In this document: piece after piece, positions 55,311 through 64,000 of the stretch
How positions within the stretch are numbered: position 1 is the first letter of the stretch
Layout: each line of letters starts with the position of its first letter
Source of the DNA: Klebsormidium nitens
Lineage: Eukaryota; Plantae; Klebsormidiophyceae
Assembly (NCBI GenBank): GCA_000708835.1
Contig: DF237079.1
Coordinates: 116,787-180,786, forward strand
Direction: 5' to 3'
DNA: 64,000 bases
Made by a program: the position numbers and the translations under genes
The notes under the pieces: model-generated
Databases searched by the model: none
What the model saw: only the letters and a program-made list of their open reading frames with translations
What the model was told of the DNA's origin: nothing

Positions 55311-58300
55311 ATGTCTATGTAAGTGACGTCTCGCTGCGCAGCTCTCCCGCTCCTTTATGGTGTTTGCAACCATCTCCAGAAGAAGCATCTTCAACCTCAA
55401 CCTTTACCCTCTCCTTTGAAGCCCACCGTTCTTTACACCACCTTACACACCGTGCTCTGCCCGTGTGCAGGACCAGAATTTGTGTCAAGAACCTGCCCAA
55501 GTATCTCACGGAGGAGCGCTTCCGCGAGCACTTTGCGGCCAAGGGGGAGGTGACCGACGCTCGGATCGTGCGGACAAGGTCAGCAACAAACCTGAACTTT
55601 CAGGCTGGCCACCACTATGACATCAGCGCGTGACAGCAGCATCTTGAATAGCTGAGTAGTGGCATGGTAACTTCTTTGATATATATTAGAGAGTGGTGGT
55701 GCAAAAATGTTTCGTCGATTTATCACCCCTGAACAGATTTTGGATACAGTTAGACTGCTGAGTTGTGGCATTGTGACATAGTAACTTTTCTGATGTTTAT
55801 TAGCGTGTGGTGGTGCGAAAATGATGTATCAGATATATCATCTTTTGATATATTTACCCCTGAAAAAGGTTTGGGATACAGTTCGGGCACTCAATGGTGT
55901 CCTCACCTGTCTGTCTCGGCAGCGATGGCTACTCCAGGCAGTTTGGGTTCATCGGGTACAAGACTGAGGACGAAGCGTTTGAGGCGTCCAAGTATTTCAA
56001 CCGCTCCTTCATTGACACTTGTCGCCTCCAGGTCGAGGTGAGCAAGTCCTGTTCTTCTCGACGAACCCCTATCATAATGGGAGGACTTTTGAGTTGACTT
56101 TTGAGTTGTACAATCATGAAGGAAGTTGGCTGTGCAAGGTTACACTAGCTTCAGGGCACGAGCTATTTGGTGGTGGGACTTGATGGGTCATTGCGAAGCT
56201 GTCACCCCTTATGATTCATTCATCCGATAGATTTGCTTTCAACTGCGTGGAGTGATCATGATTTTGGCTTGCCCGGAAGGCGTTTTATCTGCTGCTACGG
56301 GTCATTCCAAAGGCCCCACAGTGTTCAAGCAACTCAATGCATGGTTCAAGGCCAATTTGGTCCAAAAGTTTCTTCTAAACTGAACCAACCCGTCCCCTGT
56401 CGCATCTCAACATGACCACTGCATGCTGCTTGGAGCGCCGATCACATCACAAGTGGAAGTTTGATGTAGCGTACTCATCTTGTGTCTTAGCACATTCCTA
56501 ATCATGATGGGTCTCCTCTTCTGCTCTCAGATTGCGCGCCCGATTGGTGATTCTGGCATCCCCCGCCCCTGGAGCCGTCACTCCCAGGGCAGCACCGCCT
56601 TTGTGAAGTCCCACCCAGAAGCCGCGGAGCCAACTCAAGAGGGGGGGGCAAAGGGCAGGAAAAAGGGGCCCCCTAAGGAGGGAGAGGACGAGGAAAATGA
56701 CCCGGCACTGAAAGAGTTTTTGGAGGTTATGCAACCGCGAAGGAAGACGAAGCTGTGGGCGAATGACACGGCGGTAGGGACGACGGAAGTGCAAAAGGGG
56801 AAGTCGGTGGAGTCGAAAGCTGCGAAGGGAGAGAATGGGGGAAAGAAAGGAAGGCGGGATGAGCCTGGGGAGGATGCTTTTGAGAGCGACAGTGGAGACG
56901 AGAGCGATCTGTATGAGGATGCGCCGGGGCTGGCTTCAGAAAGGGGTGGAAGGAAGGGGGCAGAAGCTAGTGATGAGGGGTCTGATTCTGAAGCAGACGA
57001 GGGGGGGCCCAGTAAGGAAGTCGACGCACTGAATGATAGTGACTATCTGAAGAGCAGGGTCAAGGCTGATTGGAGTGACGAGTCAGATGTGGAAGAAGGA
57101 AATGGTTCAGATGAAGGAAGCGGTTCTGAACCCGAAACCGATTCAGACGAGGAAGATGCAGATAAAGATCGCAGGAAACGGAGTCAAGGCGCGGGTTCGT
57201 CGGGCGAGAAAGCACGCGCAGCGGGGCATGTGGGAACTCTGTCTAAGGACGGCGAGTCCGATTCAGACGGGGACGAAGAAACGGAAACGGCCGCAAATGG
57301 GGGGGACGAAACGCTGCCTGGGCCACCCCCCGGGGCGCCCCCCAGGGCCCCCACCCAAGTGGACGCAGAACAAGAAGAGGGGGTGTCCGAAACGGGGCGG
57401 TTGTTCGTCCGAAACTTGGCGTACACTGCAACCGAAGACGATCTTACGGAGCTGTTCAAGCAGTATGGGGAGCTGAGCGAGGTGCATTTGGTGGTTGATA
57501 AGGAGACGAAGAAGTCCAAGGGGTTCGCTTATGTGCTGTATATGCTGCCGGAGGACGCGGTGGCGGCAATGGAAAGCCTGGACCGCTCAATCTTCCAGGT
57601 GAGAGGGTTGGCTTGCTGATCTACTTTTGGCTACTCGTTTTGCCCCGCTTTTGGATCGGCGATGGGACACAAAGTCCCAGACCTTTGCGAAACAGTCGCC
57701 TGTAAGCAGTGTATGTCAAGAGGCGGGGTGTTTGGACTGATTTGCGATCTCGGCTTTGCAAACGGCCGAGTGTGCGAGCTTAGTAGGCAATACGACGGAC
57801 CTTGTATGGAAGCTTTCGCTGGCTGGTATTCGCTGTTCTGTTTTGGCACACTGACGATCCTGAAATACGGGTCCATTGTAGCCAAACTTCAAGGGTCAAG
57901 ATCCAAACCGGGTAGGTCATCTTTCTCGGTTTCGCCAAATGGACATGTTTGTTGCCTTTCTCTATTTCCCCCTCTTCTCTAGAACCCTGAACTCTCGTCC
58001 CCATGAGCCCTATATCAAACTTTTACTCTTGTTATTTCGCAGGGGCGTCTTCTGCACATTCTGCCCGCCCGCCGGCCCCCCTCCCTCCCCGACAGCCAAA
58101 ACGAACCCCCCAAACTGGGACCGGGCAAGAGCAAGGTGCAAGCGGAGAGGGAGGAGCAGAAGAAAGCAAACGAGGCGGCTGGAGACACCAGGGCCTGGAA
58201 CAGCCTCTTCATGAATGCGAATACGGTGAGTAATAGTTGCACTTTATAGGAGCTCTGTGGGAAGGTTCATGGGGTTTAAAAACTAGGGAGCGCTTTGAAA

Positions 58301-61300
58301 GAGCAAGCGAGCTGTCGAAGTTGGTAGGAACGGTACCTCAGTCTGGAAAAGGTAGGGGCGTCTCTAGTCTGAACCAGAATGGAGTCGTTGGGCCTTCCAA
58401 GACAGCATTTGAGTGCTGATTGCCGTCAAGACTCCAGCGAGCGACGGTCACATTTTTTGAACAATCTGGAAGAGACAAGAATGCCATAACGTTGTTGGTC
58501 GTCCGGTCAATTGACCGAGTCATTTAGCTGCGTTTAGTCTTCTGGGACGTTATGAAAAGCTCTTGGACAACCTGAGGTCGTGACGCTCTTGGGCGACTAC
58601 GAATCCCAAGTACACGCCCCGAACAGGTTCTAACAATCGGTAGTCCCCGACAGCTTTTAACAGATTGCAGTCTGCGCAGTTTTGAAGGTTCTGGAGCAAC
58701 CGTAAGCCTTTCTGGCACTGGGCAATAATCAATCACGTCTTCACAACCCACATTCATGTTCGGAGGAGGACGTTTTTGGGGATCATCCGACAAGAGCGGA
58801 CGCTTTCGGACGGGTCGCGGAGGGCATTGCTATGCGGTGGGGCATATCAAAAAGCGACCTTCAGGGTTTGAACACTGATTAACGATCAGGCCCCTCTTTT
58901 AAAACAAGCAGCTTAGAATGGGTATATTCGGACGCCTTCTTGGAAGGAGAACCCCTTGGGTCAAAGTCTAACTAGAGCGGACGTTTTTTAACAGGTGGCG
59001 GAGGGCATCGCTCAGCGCTACGGCGTTTCCAAGAGCGAGCTGCTGAGCCCCGAGGCGGGCGACCTGGCCGTCCGAATGGCGCTCGGAGAAACGCACATCA
59101 TTGCGGAGACGAAGAAAGCGCTTGAAGAGCAGGGGGTCGATGTGGGGGTGCTGGAAAGGTGAGTACCGCGGACAACCGTTGGCGCATTTTGTTTCACGGA
59201 CCAATTTTCGTACGTTGTGTTGGCTCAGAGGGTTTGCGAGGACCAGCAGTGTCCGCTAATTTTGTCTCTGTTTACTTGTCGGTTCTACATGAGTCGCCGG
59301 AGATGCAGACTGAGGCTTGGGTCAGCTTGTTCGCTTGGAGGCTTGTCGGCCGCCTCTTGAAACGCATGGCCGTTGACCTACGGCGTGTCGGTCTTACGCG
59401 CGCTTCCACTCTCTGACGGCGGAAAAGTTGAAGCTTTCTTGAACAGCTTGAGCTTTCGTATGCATTCTTTGGTTGATTGTGATGAACTTCAGTGCGAGCA
59501 CACACTGGCTGGTCACTGATCAGCTAGCCGCATCGCATGCCAGTATGCGCTTCGTTTGTCTGCCAACTTATGTTCCTTATGTCGCGTGCGGACGAAAACT
59601 GCTGTGATCTTGAAAACGTTGTCGTGGGACATGTCCCACACGGCGACCAGATGCCAGGAATCTGGGTTTTGTAGTCGCTCGCAAAAGCCACGTGGGCTGA
59701 TTCGCAGCGATGGGCAGTCGATGCAAGCTGTTAAGATGTCGCCGCGGACCACATGGAAGTAGACGCACTCTTTAAATAGACTGATGTATTCCTCTAAAGT
59801 CTCATTTCTCCTCCGCGCAGGATGGCCACGGCTAAAGGCGAGGCCGCCCCCAAGCGCAGCGCCCACGTGCTCCTCGTCAAGAACCTGCCCTTCTCCACGA
59901 CGGACGAGGAGATCGAGCAGCTTTTTGAGCGCTTTGGGAGCCTCGGGCGGGTCGTTTTACCGCCCACCAAAACTGTGGCGCTCGTCGAGTTCCTGGAAGC
60001 TGCAGAGGGGAGAAAGGCTTTTAAGGGGCTGGCATACAAGCGCTTCAAGTGAGTGGACGTTGAATGTCTTGTCTTTCTCTTGTTTCGTCGCCCGCTTTTC
60101 TGCCTCCAAAAGCAGAAAGGGCCTCCTGCTTTTGGAGGCCCTTTCTTGTATTTGCGGTCTCCCTTTGTCATTTTCCTATTCCCCGCGCTTAGGCTGTAAG
60201 GAGGAAAAAGGTAAAGTGCTCTAGAGCTTCGATTGTGACAATCATCTGACGACTGCTTTTACGGAGGGTTAAAGAGTGTCTTGGGAAAGTACACGGTCGC
60301 GGTTTGGGTTCCTTGTCCAGTTTTGACACAGTTTCTTTTGCAAGTCATTGGTCCCTGCACGATACAAGATTCTGACCCCCACAACAATCAGGTGGTTACC
60401 CTCGCTGATCGTCCCTGGACGGCAACAGCTATAGGCATGCTTTATAATATGAGACTCAGACGTATCATGCCCCGTTCATGTCGCTTGAAAGACGGCCTGT
60501 AAGAACCTTGCAGCATATTGGATCTGATTCCTCATGTTGTACCAATTCACTGAAGTGACGTCTATTCTCACAACTGCTGATGTCATCGTCCCTGCAGGCA
60601 CGTGCCCTTGTATCTAGAGTGGGCGCCTGAGGGAATCCTGTCAGGAGACAGCGGCGCAGCACGAGACGCGGCTGAGAAGCGGAAGGGAAAAACGGACGGT
60701 CCGAGAGCGGTCAATGGAGGGACAAAGGTTGGGGCGGAGAAAGCGGAGGTGGCAAAGGTTTTGCCAGAGGACGAGGAGGCGATGGACGAGCAGGTGAGGA
60801 GCCCGAGATGGAGGAAGTCAAGAAGAGTGTTAATGAAGTCTGTTTCCGAGAGGAAGTTACACGGTCAAAGGGGTCGCCAACCCTAGCAACTTGGTGTACC
60901 AATTGTCTAATCTTCGTTGGATTGTGTAGCGTTCTTGTCTTATCTGCTTTGGATGTTGTTTTGCGGCTTTATCCTATCTGCTTCAGAAGGTTGTCCGCGC
61001 GTCCCTAGTTGAAGCGCAATTTGCAAAGCTTAAGCAGATTGGAAGGTCTTCCAACCAGTTCTCTTTCCGACACATGCATTGGACGACGTTCACTTGCCCT
61101 CGGCGAGTAGTGCTTTGGGAAGGGAAGCTTTTAAAGAGAACTTACAAGCGATCAGCTGGTCCTCTTGACTGCCTCTATCTTTCCTTCGTACTTGCAATCG
61201 ATGATGCTTGTTCAGTGAACGCCTGCGGAACGTCCTGATGAAATCATCCAACAGGCTGCTGAGCGATCGGCCAGATACCTCGGGAATGCTTTCACCCTTA

Positions 61301-64000
61301 CTCCTCAGACGTTTTGGGTGCACGTCAACACTGCAACGGAAGACTTGTGAGGTTTTACCACTTCACGGCAACCATCTAACGAATGTTTCCTCTTCTCCTC
61401 AGACCCACTCGGTATTCGTCAAGAATTTGGCTTTCAGCACCACGGAAGCGGCGCTCAAGAAGCACTTCTCCAAGGCGGACGGCCTGCGCAGCGTCCTGGT
61501 GAAAATGCGCCCGGCCAAGAACGGCAAGGCGCTCTCCATGGGCTTCGGCTTTGCGGAGTTCGCTTCGGCGGAGGCGGCGCGGAAAGCGATCCAGGAAATG
61601 CAGGTGGGGGGTGCCACGTGGATCTTGCGTCACTTGATCTGGTGGTTTATGTCTTCGTTGTCCCTTCCAGATTTTCGTGTTTCCTTTTTTCCCCCATAGA
61701 AAATAATGAACGTCTTTTTCCGCGTAAATCCACCCAGTGCAGGAACTCTTTGGGTCTATTACTCGGTCCTTAACTGTCTTGCATGCGAGTTTGTTCGCAA
61801 TAGTGCTTTGTTGGCAAAAGGATGATGTGTTGGCAGCTTGCATGCTTCATAGTGCTCGTCGGCCAGGTTGGTAGTGATTTGCTCAGGAGAGTGCGCAAAA
61901 TCTCTCAAAGCATTTCTTAAGACATTTTCCGGGACTACAGGTTTGGAAATAAAGGTTTTGACCGCTGTTCTTCGATCGTTTGCAAGTCGCGCAGCAGTAA
62001 TCTGCCGCCGCAGATTCGGCTGCGAGCAGCAGGAAGGCAACTGGCGTCACTCTCCAACGTTCAAGATTGTCTTCCTTTACTTGGTTGATCTTTCTTGGCT
62101 GGATGTCAAGAGCCTTTGTCTCCTCATCAGAGCTCCATAAAGCTGTCGTTTGTGTCGAAGGGTTCCAAAGAGTCGACGTTCCGAGAGATCCCAACAAAGA
62201 AGGGAGGCTAGCAAGTGTGCTTACCCAGCTTTTGACACTACCTTGCAGGGGTCGCTGCTAGATGGTCACGCGCTGGTCTTGCAGCTAAGCCACAAGAAAG
62301 CTGGTGTCAAGGAGGGGGCCGACAAGAAAGAATCCAAGAAGACGAAGGCGAGCTCGACAAAGATTATCGTACGGAATGTGGTGAGTACCCTAGACGTTGC
62401 GATTTCAACGTCCCCATTCAATTCAAGAAAGCCATCTTGTTGGGTTAGCCCATTGAATGATCTGATTGCGTCCTTGTTGAAGTTTTTTGAGACGATTTGG
62501 AAAATTACTGTGAGCCCAAGACAGGTAGGGAGTTGAAAGTACTCGTAGATGCAACCCGCGTGCAACAATCGCAACCAAGGAATCAGTAACCCTATTCTGC
62601 AGCCCGGCAGTTGAAGGCAAAATCACAACTTAACCATTGCCACTTTACTTGTCGTCTGACAACATACCTTTTCTGCTTGTCACCACTTTGTTACGTCAAA
62701 CCCGATCTTTCTGCTGACTTTATATCCTGCCCCTCCATCACGTCCTTGCACTTCTCCGTCGCCTTAAGCCAGGCGTTCGGAGGCGACCAAGTGTAACGTC
62801 AGAATCCGATCTTTTTACTCACTCCATATCATGCGGCGTCTCCTTGCACTTCCCCTCAACCCAGTCCCTAACCTGTCTCCTTAATCCAGGCGTTCGAGGC
62901 GACCAAGAAGGACGTGCGGCAGCTGTTCAGCCCGTTCGGCCAGATCAAGAGCCTGCGCCTGCCCAAAAAGTTCGACGGCAGCCACCGCGGTTTTGCCTTC
63001 GTCGAATTCGTGACCAAGCAAGAGGCGCAGAATGCGTTCGATGCGGTGCGGGATACGCATCTGTACGGGCGCCATCTGGTGAGGCTTGCGTCTCGTGCCT
63101 TTGGCTTTCTTTGAATTGGAGACCCAACACGGGCCTGTTGCGGCGACTTCAGAGCTGCAACTCTGGCGCCAAGCAATCCCTGAGCTTATACACTGCTAAG
63201 GAGCTGGTTGGAGAAGAGAAGAGCTGATGGATTGCCTTGAATTGGTGCTGCCTCAAACCTTGTAAGCTTGTAACGAGGACTTTTGCGTGGAGAAACCAGG
63301 AAAACTGTAGCGCGGCCGGATATGACAGTCCTTCCATGTTTCCGTGGTCGCTAGTGCAGTATTTGCGCCTTTGTGAAGTTGCAAAGATAACTGGTCGTGA
63401 AGGAGTCCTTTCATGACCAGGATGCGACAATGTTCGACAAGGGATAACAAGCCCTTGACTTGACTTTGAATCTTTCTGTCTGGCCATCTAAACAATCCGG
63501 TTTTCTGATCGTTCTCTTAGAAAATGACTGGAGGTTTGGGGCCGCTGCTTCATTGACAGCAATTTTTCCTACTGTCGTGTTCTACAGCTATGGAGTTGGC
63601 GACTGGCTTCGTGACTGCATGTAGCTTTCCCGTTCCTGCTGACTCCTGGACTACGGATCTTACGGCCTACTGATCGTCAATAACCCACGGCCCTAACCTT
63701 TCTGTTTCTTTCAAGCCGACCCCAACCTTTCTCGCCTCCTCTTCCTTCTTGACGTCCCCGAGGTGCACATTCTCAAACCCAATGCCGCTATGATTCTCGG
63801 CACCGATACTTGCGGCTGTGTCCAACCGAGGTTGTTGCATTTTTTATAAGCACGAGATGCTGACGACATCGGTCCACGTGGCAGGTATTGGAGCAAGCCA
63901 AGGAAGGGGAGGGCCTCGAAGAGCTGCGAGCGCGCACTGCCGCCCAGTTCAGGGACGGGAGCGACCAGGGGCGCCCGTCAAAGAAGATCAAATTGTCGGA
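55311..64000 (+). CDS. RBM19: Multiple-RRM pre-rRNA processing factor RBM19/Mrd1 (3' end lies outside the window)
   Basis: Exons 55311-55318, 55471-55578, 55923-56037, 56531-57598, 58043-58225, 58995-59158, 59821-60048, 60598-60793, 61403-61603, 62249-62380, 62890-63078, 63885->64000, all phase-compatible. Five RRMs ([37 protein letters not shown]) plus the conserved motifs [26 protein letters not shown] and [10 protein letters not shown]. Confidence 0.96.

Overview
Eukaryotic nuclear DNA with GC-rich exons and spliceosomal introns of roughly 150-1700 bp. The gene set combines plant-type genes (RETICULATA-RELATED, plastid Ycf23/DUF561, HD-Zip II, SWEETIE) with a flagellar-type EF-hand gene, which suggests a streptophyte green alga such as Klebsormidium (inference only). 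I rebuilt 10 spliced genes by hand, checking splice phase at every junction, plus one small 2-TM ORF. In order: 3' end of RER/DUF3411 (+); Ycf23/DUF561 (-); bacterial-type ThDP acetolactate synthase-like gene, 15 exons (+); HD-Zip II (+); small 2-TM ORF (-); GSNOR/class III ADH (+); MYND zinc-finger protein (-); DRC8/EFCAB2-like EF-hand gene, whose short exons the ORF track does not join (-); SWEETIE/HEATR5 (+); an uncharacterised secreted glycoprotein with two predicted NTF2/SnoaL-like domains (-); RBM19/MRD1, which runs off the right edge (+). The most striking unexplained pattern is repeated degenerate tandem copies of splice junctions ('junction echoes') inside introns next to the real junction: 8 introns in 4 genes, with periods of about 50-180 bp. 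Other oddities: strong excess of the palindrome TGACGTCA, two GC-AG introns with an identical donor, four head-to-head gene pairs, and a long acidic SWEETIE tail with repeated WGDEF motifs. I found no supportable tRNA, rRNA, CRISPR array or intact transposon.
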